From Spirochaetia bacterium (lineage in GTDB: Bacteria > Spirochaetota > Spirochaetia > SZUA-6 > Bin103): DNA of 64,000 nt. Both the position numbers and the translations under genes were made by a program. Each line of letters opens with the position of its first letter. Within the stretch, counting starts at the first letter, position 1. The notes under the pieces were generated by a model, which saw only the letters and a program-made list of their open reading frames with translations, made no database searches and was not told the DNA's origin. Where the stretch lies: positions 1,156,109 to 1,220,108 of the forward strand of contig CBDAOI010000003.1 in assembly GCA_965198005.1 (NCBI GenBank). Direction: 5' to 3'. This document shows positions 30,687-40,335 of the stretch, in pieces.

Positions 30687-31757
30687 TTAGCCTGATGCGC
30701 GATTCGCGCTCAGCCGCGGCAGCTCCAGCCGGTCGGCGAGCCCGTCCAGCCGGGTCACGGTGCCGGCGTCCAGCGGCAAGCCGGCGCGCCGGCGCGCGGC
30801 CGCGGTGCGCTGCTCCGGCTCGCCCGGCAGGAAGACTTCCTCGACCCCCGGTTTGGGGGCGGCGGACTTGAGCTGGGCGAAGTACTCCTGCTGGATCCGC
30901 TCCATCTCGGCGCGGCCGCCCAACGCGTCGGGATCGGCCGCCCAGAGCGAGAAGGTGTTGCTGAACCTGGACCCCATGGCGCCGGCGCCGGCGCCGCCGA
31001 GCACCGCGCCCAGCAGGTCGACGACCACCGACAGCCCGTAGCCCTTGTGCCCCATGGCGGCCCCTAGCGGGAGCAGCGAGCCGCCCGCGTACAAGTCTTC
31101 GGGACGGTTGGACGGGTTGCCGTCCCGGTCCAGAATCTGGTCCGGCGGCAACCGCTTGCCGGCGTTGCGCGCCACCCGCACCTTGCCCTCGGCGGTGACG
31201 CTGGTGGTGACGTCGACCAGGATCGGCTCGCCCGCGGTGGGCACCGCGAAGGCAATCGGGTTGGTCGCCAGCCGGCGCTCGGTGCTGCCCCACGGCGCCA
31301 CCAGCGGCGAGCCGTTGCCGCTGCAGTACACTTGGCCCACCAGGCCGGCATCGGCCATCTGCAGCGCGTACACCCCGGCGCGGCCGATGTGGTTGGCGTT
31401 GCGGCCGATCACCACCGCGGTGCCCTGGGCCTTGGCGCGCGTGATTGCCTGGTCGGTCACCAGCGCGCCGGCCACCTGGCCGAGCACGCCGGCAGCCTCG
31501 TACACCGCGGTGGTGGCGGTCTCGCGGACCGGCTGCGGCGTGGCCGCCGGGTCGACGCGGCCGTCCTGGATGGCGTTTACGTACTCTTCCAGGCGGTGCA
31601 CGCCGTGGGAGTCGTGGCCGACCAGGTTGGCGCCGGCCAGATGGTCGGCGACTATGGTCGCGTGCTCCGCCGGCGCGCCAGCGGCCACCATTACCTGATG
31701 CGCAAATGCATACAGCGTCTCGAATCTGAAGCGGGTCTCGGTTGCCATTGGCGCCAT
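30687..31757 (-). CDS. Ldh_2 family (malate/L-lactate dehydrogenase-like) oxidoreductase
   Basis: G.DSHG, HIGR, TNPIA, HKGYGL, PGE. Confidence 0.9.
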   Translation of the reverse strand: MAPMATETRFRFETLYAFAHQVMVAAGAPAEHATIVADHLAGANLVGHDSHGVHRLEEYVNAIQDGRVDPAATPQPVRETATTAVYEAAGVLGQVAGALVTDQAITRAKAQGTAVVIGRNANHIGRAGVYALQMADAGLVGQVYCSGNGSPLVAPWGSTERRLATNPIAFAVPTAGEPILVDVTTSVTAEGKVRVARNAGKRLPPDQILDRDGNPSNRPEDLYAGGSLLPLGAAMGHKGYGLSVVVDLLGAVLGGAGAGAMGSRFSNTFSLWAADPDALGGRAEMERIQQEYFAQLKSAAPKPGVEEVFLPGEPEQRTAAARRRAGLPLDAGTVTRLDGLADRLELPRLSANRASG

Positions 31758-31792
31758 GATAGCAGACCCGGCGCGCCGTGGCTGCGCGTGTC

Positions 31793-31909
31793 GGACAGCG
31801 GGTGGCGGTGCTGGTGGACGAATACGGGGTGATCAAGGACAGCGACGCGCACGTGCGGTTCGCGTTTCTGACGGGCATCAGCAAGTTCTCGAAGGTGAAC
31901 CTGGATTAG
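31793..31909 (+). pseudogene. Remnant of an AAA-ATPase-like/PD-(D/E)XK protein gene
   Basis: Reads GQRVAVLVDEY-GVIKDSDAHVRFAFLTGISKFSKVNLD*. Confidence 0.7.
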
Positions 31910-32005
31910 ACGGGGCGCCGATCGCCGACCCGGAACTTGCCTTTCGCCGGTGTCTTGGATATATTTGCGTCAATCCCCGATTACGCATTACCGGAGAAGA
32001 AATCC

Positions 32006-32341
32006 ATGCCGACGTACGACTATGAGTGCTTGAACGGCCATGCGTTCGAATACCTGCAGTCGATCACCGCTACGCCGCTGACGGAGTGTCCTACCTGCGG
32101 CGCCGACGTCCGCCGTCTGATCGGCGGCGGCACCGGCATCATCTTCAAGGGCTCCGGGTTCTACGTGACCGATTCCAAGAACGGCCGGCGGGGGAGCGGC
32201 GCCGCGAACAAGGACGCGGACAAGAGCGCGGCCGGCGACGGCAAGGACTCCTCCGACAAGGCCGCGAAGGCCAAGAACTCCGAGTCGGTGGCGACCACCG
32301 GCGGCGAGAAGCAGGCCAAGCCGGCGGCTACCCGCTCCTGA
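32006..32341 (+). CDS. FmdB-family zinc-ribbon protein
   Basis: MPTYDYEC..GH.F...CPTCG...FKGSGFY.TD. Confidence 0.9.
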   Translation: MPTYDYECLNGHAFEYLQSITATPLTECPTCGADVRRLIGGGTGIIFKGSGFYVTDSKNGRRGSGAANKDADKSAAGDGKDSSDKAAKAKNSESVATTGGEKQAKPAATRS

Positions 32342-32344
32342 ACG

Positions 32345-33514
32345 CTACCCACCGCCCCCCACGCCGCCGAACACCTGCGTGCGCAGCTCGGCGCCGGCGG
32401 TTTCCAGCAGCGGCTCCAGTTCCAGCCGTCCATAGGAGCGCGCCAGCACCTGCAGGTCCGGCTTGATGACCGGATGGGGCGGCGCGAACAGGGTGCAGCA
32501 GTCGGGGTAGGGCAAGGTCGATATCCGAAACGTCCCGATGCTGCGGGCGAGCGCGATGATCGCCTCCTTGGACTGACCGATCAGCGGGCGCAACACCGGC
32601 AGCGCCGAGTGACTACCCGTAACGTGCAGGCTCTGCACGGTCTGGCTGGCAACCTGGCCGAGACTCTCACCGGTAATCAGACAGGAGTGACCGCGCCGGC
32701 CGGCGATCGCGCCGGCGATTTCCATCATGGCGCAGCGCATGAGCAGCGTGACCTCGGCGGCCGGCGCCCGTTGCTTGATCCGCACCTGGAGCGGCGTGAA
32801 CGGCACCACGTGCAGGGTGAACCGACCGAAGAAGCGGCTCAGCATCCCGGCCAAGCGATGCACCTTGTCCTCCGCTTCGGGAGCGGTGAACGGGTGGGCG
32901 TGGAAGTACACCCCCTCCACCGCCAGGCCGCGGCCGCCCATCAGATAGCCGGCCACCGGCGAATCGATGCCGCCCGACAGGAGCAGCAGGCCGCGCCCGG
33001 AGGAGCCGACCGGCAGGCCGCCGGGGCCGCGACGTTGATCGCTGTAGGCGTAGAGCCGGTCGCGCACCTCGACCCGCACCGTGACCCGGGGCCGGCGCAC
33101 GTCCACCGCCAGCCCCGGTACCCGGGCGCGGAGCTGGTCGCCGAGGATGCAGGCGATCTGATAGGAGGTAAGCGGGAACGTCTTGTCCTCGCGGGTGGCT
33201 TCCACCTTGAAGCTGGCGGCAGGGTCCAGCTCGGGCGCCAGCAGGTCGGCGGCCTGCGCCAGCGCGTCGGGATGCTTGTCGAGCAGCAGGACCGGTGCGT
33301 ACGCCACCACCCCGAACGTGGAGCCCAGCGCCTCGGCAGCCGCCGCGGCGTGTGTCTGCGCCACTTCCACGTACAGGCGCCCCCAGGTCCGGCGGATGCG
33401 GGCGGCACCGCGCGGCAGGCGGGCCGCGATGTTGCGCACCAGCCGGTATTCGAATTCCGAGCGGTTGGCTCCCTTGAGCGCAATCTCCCCGTACTTGACC
33501 AGGAACAGCGTCAT
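32345..33514 (-). CDS. thiI: tRNA 4-thiouridine synthase ThiI (no rhodanese domain)
   Basis: GEIALKG.NR, THUMP domain, LLSGGIDSPVA, GESLGQVASQT, DCC. Confidence 0.95.
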   Translation of the reverse strand: MTLFLVKYGEIALKGANRSEFEYRLVRNIAARLPRGAARIRRTWGRLYVEVAQTHAAAAAEALGSTFGVVAYAPVLLLDKHPDALAQAADLLAPELDPAASFKVEATREDKTFPLTSYQIACILGDQLRARVPGLAVDVRRPRVTVRVEVRDRLYAYSDQRRGPGGLPVGSSGRGLLLLSGGIDSPVAGYLMGGRGLAVEGVYFHAHPFTAPEAEDKVHRLAGMLSRFFGRFTLHVVPFTPLQVRIKQRAPAAEVTLLMRCAMMEIAGAIAGRRGHSCLITGESLGQVASQTVQSLHVTGSHSALPVLRPLIGQSKEAIIALARSIGTFRISTLPYPDCCTLFAPPHPVIKPDLQVLARSYGRLELEPLLETAGAELRTQVFGGVGGGG

Positions 33515-33526
33515 GCGTCCGGCGCC

Positions 33527-34717
33527 TCAGGTGGCAAGCGCGCGCAGTGCCGGCAGCTCCCGCGCCAGCACCTCCAGCAGGCGAGCGACGTCGGCGGCGG
33601 TGGTGCTCCAGCCGACCGATACCCGGAACGCGCCGCGTGCCAGGGGCGGCGGCAGGCCCATCGCCAGCAGGACGGGTGAGACCTTGGGACCCCGGGCTCC
33701 CGAGGACGAGCACGCCGAGCCGCGCGACACGTATACCCCGTGGTCGTCCAGCACGCGCACCAGCACCTCGGCCGGCACGCCGGGGGCGCTCAGACAGGTG
33801 ATGTAGGGCGAGTACCGGTGCGGTTGGCGGCCGCGCTGCGCGGGGATCAGCCGCAGTCCCAGCTCCTCGGCGGCGCTCGTCAGTTGCTCGTGCAGCCGGT
33901 GCGCGTGCTCCAGGTGCCGGTCCGCGGCGGCCGCGGCGGCGGTTGCTTGGCGGGCGAACGCGATCAGTCCGGCCACGTTCTCGGTGCCCGGGCGGCGGCC
34001 GCCCTCCTGGCCGCCACCCCGCGGCAGCGGTTCGAACGGGGTGCCGGCCGCCAGCCGCAACGCGCCGACCCCCACCGGCGCGCCCAGCTTGTGACCGCTG
34101 ACCGCGGCGCTGTCGGCGACGGTCAGCGGCGCGTCGAGCCCGCGGCAGAACGCCTGCACCGCGTCCGTGTGCAGGTGAATCGGACGGCCGGTACGGCGCG
34201 CGTGGTCGCGCACCACAGCCGCGGCCGCCGCCAGCGGCTGAATCGCGCCGGTCTCGTTGTTCACCGCGATCAGCGCCACCAGCCGGGTACGGTCGTCCAG
34301 GCACTCCGCCAAGTGGTCCAGGTCGACCATCCCGTCGCTGCCCGCGCGCGCCGTGCGCACGGGAAACCCCATGCCGCGCAGCAGCCGCGCCGGCTCCGCT
34401 ACCGCCGGATGCTCGACCGCCGAGATGACCAGGCCGCCGGCAAACCCGGCGCGGGTGTCGTGCCGCACGGAGGCCAGCGGCGAGTACAGCACCAGGTGGT
34501 CCGCCTCGGTCGCGCCGCCGGTGGCTACGATCTCCTCCGGCGGGCAGCCGAAGCGGGCGGCGAGCCGGGCGCGGGCGTCGGCCAGGGCGCGCCGCTGGCT
34601 GCGGCCGTAGCCGTGGGCGGAGGAGGGATTGCCGGGCAGGTAGTCGGCGGCGCACGGCGGCTGCGGCGGCGCCGATGCCGCCCAGTCGAGGTAGGTCGGG
34701 GGGGCCGCCGTGCTCAT
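33527..34717 (-). CDS. Cysteine desulfurase (IscS/NifS family)
   Basis: GNPSS.H, NNETG, HTDAVQ, SGHK, GSACSS. Confidence 0.92.
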   Translation of the reverse strand: MSTAAPPTYLDWAASAPPQPPCAADYLPGNPSSAHGYGRSQRRALADARARLAARFGCPPEEIVATGGATEADHLVLYSPLASVRHDTRAGFAGGLVISAVEHPAVAEPARLLRGMGFPVRTARAGSDGMVDLDHLAECLDDRTRLVALIAVNNETGAIQPLAAAAAVVRDHARRTGRPIHLHTDAVQAFCRGLDAPLTVADSAAVSGHKLGAPVGVGALRLAAGTPFEPLPRGGGQEGGRRPGTENVAGLIAFARQATAAAAAADRHLEHAHRLHEQLTSAAEELGLRLIPAQRGRQPHRYSPYITCLSAPGVPAEVLVRVLDDHGVYVSRGSACSSSGARGPKVSPVLLAMGLPPPLARGAFRVSVGWSTTAADVARLLEVLARELPALRALAT

Positions 34718-34727
34718 CTCGGCTCCC

Positions 34728-36275
34728 TCAGATCTTTCGCACGAGGTCGATCACGTTGTTGGTCAGACCGATCAGGGCTACGACGAAGCCGGTGACCACA
34801 AGCACGTTGGTCAAGGTCTCGCGGGTGGCGGCCCAGGAGTTCTTGCTCGCGATCACGGTGGCCCCGGCCGGCGGCTTGGTGAGCAGGGTTCCCGCGGTGC
34901 GCTGCTGCTCGGGGTCGATCACGGTGAACTGCGGGGCGCCGTCCTCGGTCAAGCCGCCGGCGCCGCGCAGGTAGTCGCCGATGGTCGAGCCCGGCACGTA
35001 GGGAACCGAGCCCGGCACGTTCACCTCGCCGCCGACGTAGACGTTGAGGTCCTGGAGCGGCACGTGCAGCCGGTCGCCCGGCTCCAGCGCCAGATCGAGG
35101 CTGGGATCGCGCGTCGCCCACAGCCGCGCGGCGTCGAGCGGCACCAGCGCGCCGGTGGCCGCGCGCCGGACCGTGCTCTCTTCGGCCCGCGCCAGCGGCG
35201 TCGGACCGCCCATGCCGTCGAGCACGGCCAGCACCGACAGCCCGCTCCGGAAGGGGAGCTGCACCACGATCTGCTGCGTCGGAATCGCCACCGGCTCGTC
35301 GCCGGCCACCGGCTGTCCGTACAGCGCGCCCTGCACCGTCACCATCTGCTCCGGGCGCGTCGTCGACGGCACGGTGACGCGGTCGCCGTCGCGGAGCGGG
35401 AACGCACGCTGGGCGGTCACCGGCGGTGCCAGCACGTCGACCCGGTCGCCGCGGCTGCGCTTGAGCTCCAGGCGGCCGCGGTCGGCGCCGCGCAGGGTAC
35501 CGCCGGCGAAACGGATCAGGTCGTCGATCCCTTCGCCCGGGAGCAGATCGAACACGCCGGGGAAGGCGACCTCGCCGCTGATCGCGACCAGGGTGCGGGC
35601 GCGCGCTACCCGCACGCGGTCGCCCGGCGTCAGGGTGGGGTTGGCCTCGAGGTCGCCGTGAGAGGAGAACCGGGTGAGGTCGAGCATGCGCGCGGCCCCG
35701 TCGCGGACCAGTTCCACCCGGCGCAAGCTGCCCCCGAGTTGCGGCCCGCCCGCCACCGTAATCAGGTCGGACACGCGTGACAGCGGGGTGAACGTGTAGA
35801 TGCCCGGGCTGGCGACGCCGCCGTACACGAACACGTCGAACAGCGCCGGCGCCTCGAGGGTGAAGCTCACGAACCGTACCGGCACCTGCGCCTTGATCCG
35901 GTCCAGCACCCCGCGCCGGACGTCGCTGAACATCCGGCCGGCGACGTCGATGGTGCCGATGAAGGGCACCTCGAGCATGTAGTCGTCGGGCAGGACCAGG
36001 GGGAAGCTCGACACCTCGCGGTCGCCGATCTGGAGCCGCAGCAGGTAGGTGTCGCCCGGCGTCAGCCGATAGCTGGTGGCGCTGAGGATGCGCTGCCGCA
36101 AGCTGCCCGGGTCACCGGTGACCGCGCCCACCGGCGGCTGCAGCCGGAACACGTCGCCGCTCCGTGCCGCGGCGGTCTGCGCCGGGAGCGCCGGCGCCAG
36201 CACCGCGAGCGCGCACGCTAGCGCCACGAACGCCCGCCACTGTCCGGCCGTTCCGCGCCGGGAGAACCCCCACAT
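34728..36275 (-). CDS. SLBB-domain polysaccharide export-like protein
   Basis: YRLTPGD and repeated V.GEV..PG / AGG SLBB units; signal peptide. Confidence 0.8.
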   Translation of the reverse strand: MWGFSRRGTAGQWRAFVALACALAVLAPALPAQTAAARSGDVFRLQPPVGAVTGDPGSLRQRILSATSYRLTPGDTYLLRLQIGDREVSSFPLVLPDDYMLEVPFIGTIDVAGRMFSDVRRGVLDRIKAQVPVRFVSFTLEAPALFDVFVYGGVASPGIYTFTPLSRVSDLITVAGGPQLGGSLRRVELVRDGAARMLDLTRFSSHGDLEANPTLTPGDRVRVARARTLVAISGEVAFPGVFDLLPGEGIDDLIRFAGGTLRGADRGRLELKRSRGDRVDVLAPPVTAQRAFPLRDGDRVTVPSTTRPEQMVTVQGALYGQPVAGDEPVAIPTQQIVVQLPFRSGLSVLAVLDGMGGPTPLARAEESTVRRAATGALVPLDAARLWATRDPSLDLALEPGDRLHVPLQDLNVYVGGEVNVPGSVPYVPGSTIGDYLRGAGGLTEDGAPQFTVIDPEQQRTAGTLLTKPPAGATVIASKNSWAATRETLTNVLVVTGFVVALIGLTNNVIDLVRKI

Positions 36276-36451
36276 GACCAGCGGATCGTACCCCCCACGG
36301 CCCGCCAAGGCAACGGACTAACCCATTGGACTTCAATTCGACCGGCGTCCAACATCTGCCTTCGATTCGATCATCGAAGGAGGATTCGGCCTGTTTGATA
36401 GACGATAGACGATAGGACGATAGCAGAGTTAGTCGATTGTCGGCTCTCGCC

Positions 36452-37021
36452 CTACTGGAACAGCGATGGGGAGATGACGAACGAAGCGCCGAGTATGACG
36501 GAACCACGAGTAGGGTCGGGCAGGGTTGCCCTGTAGCCCACCGACAGCCCGATCCAGGATAGGAGCACGTAGGTAACCCGGGCGTCTATGCTCCACTCGA
36601 GGCTATCCTCAAGAACCTTCGTGGTCTGCTGCTCAGGGCATTGGGGCACTGGGTTATTGTTTTCGTCATGGGAGTGCTGGATACAGGTATTTGGCGTATT
36701 GAACGAGTCTTCTGTGCCGCTTACGTGCGTCACGCCGACGCCAAGGCTGGGGTACAGGCCCTCGACGGGGGAGTGCAGGTTGATTCCCAGGGAGCCTGAC
36801 ACAAGACGACTGTGCTCGTTGCCGGCCGTCTCGCTGTACGTTCCCACCGTCCCCTCGAAGCCTATGTTGCCCAGCAGGTCGTAGAACGCCAAAGACGCGC
36901 CAAGGGGAACCTTGGGAAGGTACACATAGCCAATTGCGGCACTGGCCGGTATATCCGAGAACCCCGCTACCGCCACAACGCTCAATATGGCTACCGTCGC
37001 CACCGTCGCCACTACTCTCAT
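36452..37021 (-). CDS. Hypothetical exported protein, possible small beta-barrel
   Basis: Signal-peptide-like N-terminus, alternating beta-strand pattern, lower GC than neighbours. Confidence 0.55.
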   Translation of the reverse strand: MRVVATVATVAILSVVAVAGFSDIPASAAIGYVYLPKVPLGASLAFYDLLGNIGFEGTVGTYSETAGNEHSRLVSGSLGINLHSPVEGLYPSLGVGVTHVSGTEDSFNTPNTCIQHSHDENNNPVPQCPEQQTTKVLEDSLEWSIDARVTYVLLSWIGLSVGYRATLPDPTRGSVILGASFVISPSLFQ

Positions 37022-37127
37022 GCTTCTTCAAGAAATAGAGTATACTGGAGCGGGCGCTTCTGCAACCCCGCGCTTGCCTGGCCTGGGGCTTGGCGTCGTC
37101 CGCCCCGTGCGCTATGCTCAAGGGGTC

Positions 37128-37532
37128 GTGGTGTTTGGCGTGTTCGGCTTCGGGTTCCTGCTGCCGGTCCTGTTCCTGTTTCTGGTGCTGCAGCTTGGTG
37201 CGCTGGTGCGGCGCCACCACCTGCACGCTGCGGATCGGTCCGTAGCGGCCGCGTGGGGTACCAGGGAGCGCGTGCACCCGCAGGGGCGGCGGCTGGAGAA
37301 CCGGGTATTCCGGCTCGCGTACCGGCTCGGCGGCCGGCTTACGGTGTCCGACCTGGTGGTCGACCTGGACCTGAGCCTCGACGAGGCGCGGCGCTTCCTC
37401 GACCAGCTCGTGGACCACACCCACGTGACCATGGAGGTGCGCGACGACGGTCTGGTGTACTACGAGTTCCCGGAAATCATCGCGCGCCGCCGCGGCGCCG
37501 AGGGCGACGACGACCTGCCCACGCGCGCCTGA
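37128..37532 (+). CDS. Hypothetical membrane protein with wHTH-like C-terminus
   Basis: TM segment then GGRLTVSDLVV...A..FLD.L...G.VYYEFPE; start uncertain. Confidence 0.6.
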   Translation: MVFGVFGFGFLLPVLFLFLVLQLGALVRRHHLHAADRSVAAAWGTRERVHPQGRRLENRVFRLAYRLGGRLTVSDLVVDLDLSLDEARRFLDQLVDHTHVTMEVRDDGLVYYEFPEIIARRRGAEGDDDLPTRA

Positions 37533-37648
37533 CGACGAGCGCCAGCGCCGGCTGTACGTAGGCCTTGAATCGCTGAAGTGCGGTTGGGGCGGCGAGTCAG
37601 TCAGCAGACGAGCAACCGGATCGCTCTGGTGTAGAATGACCCAACGTC

Positions 37649-38890
37649 ATGAAACACTCCCTCACCACCTACGGAGAACTGGTCAGGATTGATCCCGAGA
37701 ACGGCGCCGCAGCAGAGACCCTGCGTCGCGTACCGCTTGGCGCCTCGACCGCTGATGGCGGGCTCGCGGAGTCGGACATTCACGATCTGATGTTCCGGTT
37801 TCCCAGCGCACTGCCGATCGCTGCGATCGACGCCTCCTACGCGGATGCCGTTCCGGTCTGCCGCGAGTTGTACACGCGGGCGGGCTACGTCGATGCGCTG
37901 TACGTCAACCCGCTCGGGCGACTCACCCTCGCCGAGTTCAAGCTGTGGCGCAACCCACAGGCGCGGCGCGAGGTGATTGGGCAAATCCTCGATTATGCCA
38001 AGGAGCTCGCGTCGTGGCGCTACGCGGATCTACAACGCGAAGTATCCAGAACACTCAAGAGAAAGGGCAACGTGCTGTACGAACTGATCCGCGAGCACGA
38101 ACCCGCGGCCAACGAAGCGGAGTTCGTCGACAACGTGACGCGCCACCTCAAACGCGGCGAGTTCCTGCTGCTGATCGTGGGCGACGGCATCCGGGAGGAC
38201 GTGGAGGACATCGTCGGCTTCGTACAGCGTCACAGCGGCCTGCATTTCAACTTGGCCCTGGTGGAGGCAGCGCTCTACCGCGACGGCGCGAATCGCATCA
38301 TCGTGCAGCCCCGGGTCCTGGCGCGCACCGAGATCGTGCGCCGCATCGTCGTCGACGATGGCGGCAGCCGCGATATGGTGGCCGACGACGATAGCGCCGA
38401 GGAGACACTCTCCGATCAGGAGAGAGAGAATCTCCGATTCTGGAACGCGGTGCTACAGGATTACTCGTTTAGTGACGTGAACGTTGAGGTTCCGACCTCC
38501 AGCAAGGAGCCAATCGTTTGGGTGACGGTGAGAGGCTCCGGGTTTGGCGGTTATGGATTGAGCTTTGCTGCATATATCTTTCGCAGCCGCCCTCACATCG
38601 GCTGTTACCTGTCCTGCCGTAAGGGCATAGAGGATGCGATACGCATTTACGCCGAGATCGAAGCGTCGCTGGAAGAACTGCGCGGTGAGTTGAGCGATGA
38701 CTTGGCAAGCTGGACCAACTCGGCTGGGCGTCCAAGGATTGGATTCTGGCGTGAAATACGGCTCCCACTCCCGGCTGGCGATGACGGCGAGGAGTTTCGC
38801 GCGGCGGTTGCATGGATGCGAGATCACCTGGATCGCCTGGTCAGTACGTTGCACCCGCGTCTGCGGCGGATGATCGACGCAGCGAGCTGA
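37649..38890 (+). CDS. NucS/EndoMS-like PD-(D/E)XK nuclease with DUF4268-like C-terminus
   Basis: E...VDALY...LAEFKLWRNPQARREVIGQILDYA. Confidence 0.7.
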   Translation: MKHSLTTYGELVRIDPENGAAAETLRRVPLGASTADGGLAESDIHDLMFRFPSALPIAAIDASYADAVPVCRELYTRAGYVDALYVNPLGRLTLAEFKLWRNPQARREVIGQILDYAKELASWRYADLQREVSRTLKRKGNVLYELIREHEPAANEAEFVDNVTRHLKRGEFLLLIVGDGIREDVEDIVGFVQRHSGLHFNLALVEAALYRDGANRIIVQPRVLARTEIVRRIVVDDGGSRDMVADDDSAEETLSDQERENLRFWNAVLQDYSFSDVNVEVPTSSKEPIVWVTVRGSGFGGYGLSFAAYIFRSRPHIGCYLSCRKGIEDAIRIYAEIEASLEELRGELSDDLASWTNSAGRPRIGFWREIRLPLPAGDDGEEFRAAVAWMRDHLDRLVSTLHPRLRRMIDAAS

Positions 38891-38934
38891 CGTGGCACAG
38901 AGCCGCATCGTTTGGGAGGAGATTCCGGGCCCCG

Positions 38935-39283
38935 TCATTGCGCTGCGCTGCCTCGGCTTGAAGTACACCGAGCAAAAGCGCTCGACTTCCTCGGCGAGGT
39001 ACACGCCGGACGCGTCGAGTTCGGCCTTGATTGCGTACATGCGCGACGGATCGACTTCTGCACCCATCTCGGCGCCCTCGTGGTACGTGGCAAACGCTTC
39101 GCGAATCTCGTCGCGGTGGTTAACGAAGTCGAGGACGAAGGTGTCTTCCTTGTGTGCATGGGTGCGATTGAGCCGGGATAGGGGCTCCTCGGTGTAGGAC
39201 ACGCCGTACGAAACGGGCAAGCGCCCTGGCTGCGTTCTTCCGCTCCACGTGGGGATCGTCCGCACCGGCGTCGCCGTGAAGGC
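38935..39283 (-). pseudogene. hsdR: Collapsed relic of a second hsdR allele
   Basis: Collinear diverged copies of hsdR segments ~45918-46151, ~46320-46340, ~46568-46627 and ~46773-46790. Confidence 0.9.
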
Positions 39284-39468
39284 GACCACTCCAGGCGCAA
39301 CCCCGCTCGAATGGTGCGTCATGGTGGCGGCCACGCCGCTTCGAACGTATCGCTCACGGAGATCGAGAGGCCGGGAAGGCTCGGCGAATCGGCATGGGGC
39401 GCCCGGCAGCGCGCCGCGTACGACCGCCTGCGGCCGAATCGGCGCGCCTGCTCCGGCAGCTCGGGCGG

Positions 39469-40335
39469 TTACGCCGAGAGCACCCGCCGCACCTCCTCCA
39501 CGTCGACCGAAAGCGCCGCCGCGATCGCGTCGGCATCCTGGCCGAGGCCATGCAGGCGACGAATGGCTTGCGCGAGCTTCAGTTCCGCCCGATGCCGCTC
39601 CTGCTCCGCCCGATGCCGCTCCCGCTCCGCCCGATGCCGCTCCTGCTCCGCCCGTTGCTGACCCTGCTCCGCCCGCTGCTGACCCTGCTCCGCTCGCTGC
39701 TGACCCTGCTCCGCCCGCTGCGCGCGCTGCCGCTCGTGCGCGGCCTGCCGCTCCTGATAGTCCACCTGCTGCGCCAACAGAATCGAGTCGCGCAATAGCA
39801 TGTCCTCGCCCTGCATGCTGCGCCGCACCTCTTCCTCCGCCATCGCCTCATGCAATTGCCGCAGCACGAATCCGCACTCCGCCGGATACTCTTCTTCCGC
39901 TATCGACAGCACGTGCGCGTTGCCCTGCCCGTTTTCCTTCACCAGTCCCTGGTCGAAGATCGCCAGCACCCGCTCCAACTCGTCCCGCCGCCGGCTCGCC
40001 AAGCGCGGTATCCGGATCACGTGACTGCGGTGATGAATCCCCGCCACCAGCGGATGGCTCGCCTCCAGCTCCTGGCCCGTGCGCCGCTCGGTCACCCGCG
40101 GGCACACGTCGATCACCGCTTCGTCCGACAGTCCCAGGTCATACCCCAGCAGGTAGATGGTCACGATCGGCACCGCTTCCGTGCGGCCCGACGCATGCGT
40201 GACCAAGTTGTCCGGGCTGCTCAGTTGCTGCCCCAGATAGCGCCGGAAGCGTTCCACCACGGTCGGCGCCTTGGCCTTCTGGATCTCGATCAGCACCTGC
40301 TGCTGCACCGGGGACTCTCCCACCCCTGGCGTCAC
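39469..40335 (-). CDS. Rpn-like PD-(D/E)XK protein, apparently N-terminally truncated, with coiled-coil tail
   Basis: VLIEIQKAK...RFRRYLG, IVTIYLLG, heptad repeats and a C-terminal HTH-like end; possible pseudogene. Confidence 0.65.
   Translation of the reverse strand: MTPGVGESPVQQQVLIEIQKAKAPTVVERFRRYLGQQLSSPDNLVTHASGRTEAVPIVTIYLLGYDLGLSDEAVIDVCPRVTERRTGQELEASHPLVAGIHHRSHVIRIPRLASRRRDELERVLAIFDQGLVKENGQGNAHVLSIAEEEYPAECGFVLRQLHEAMAEEEVRRSMQGEDMLLRDSILLAQQVDYQERQAAHERQRAQRAEQGQQRAEQGQQRAEQGQQRAEQERHRAERERHRAEQERHRAELKLAQAIRRLHGLGQDADAIAAALSVDVEEVRRVLSA
39584..39720 (-). repeat. In-frame 21-bp tandem repeat (about 6.5 units)
   Basis: Encodes (AEQGQQR)x3 then (AE[Q/R]ERHR)x3. Confidence 0.92.

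Noticed and set aside
32345-34717. ThiI lacking a rhodanese domain as a novelty
   Set aside because: A short ThiI paired with a dedicated cysteine desulfurase is an established arrangement.
37533-37648. tRNA or att site at the island boundary
   Set aside because: No cloverleaf or T-loop motif, and no matching direct repeat found near 53.9 kb.
39584-39720. 21-bp repeats as a CRISPR array
   Set aside because: The repeats are contiguous with no spacers, are in frame within a coding sequence, and no cas genes are present.
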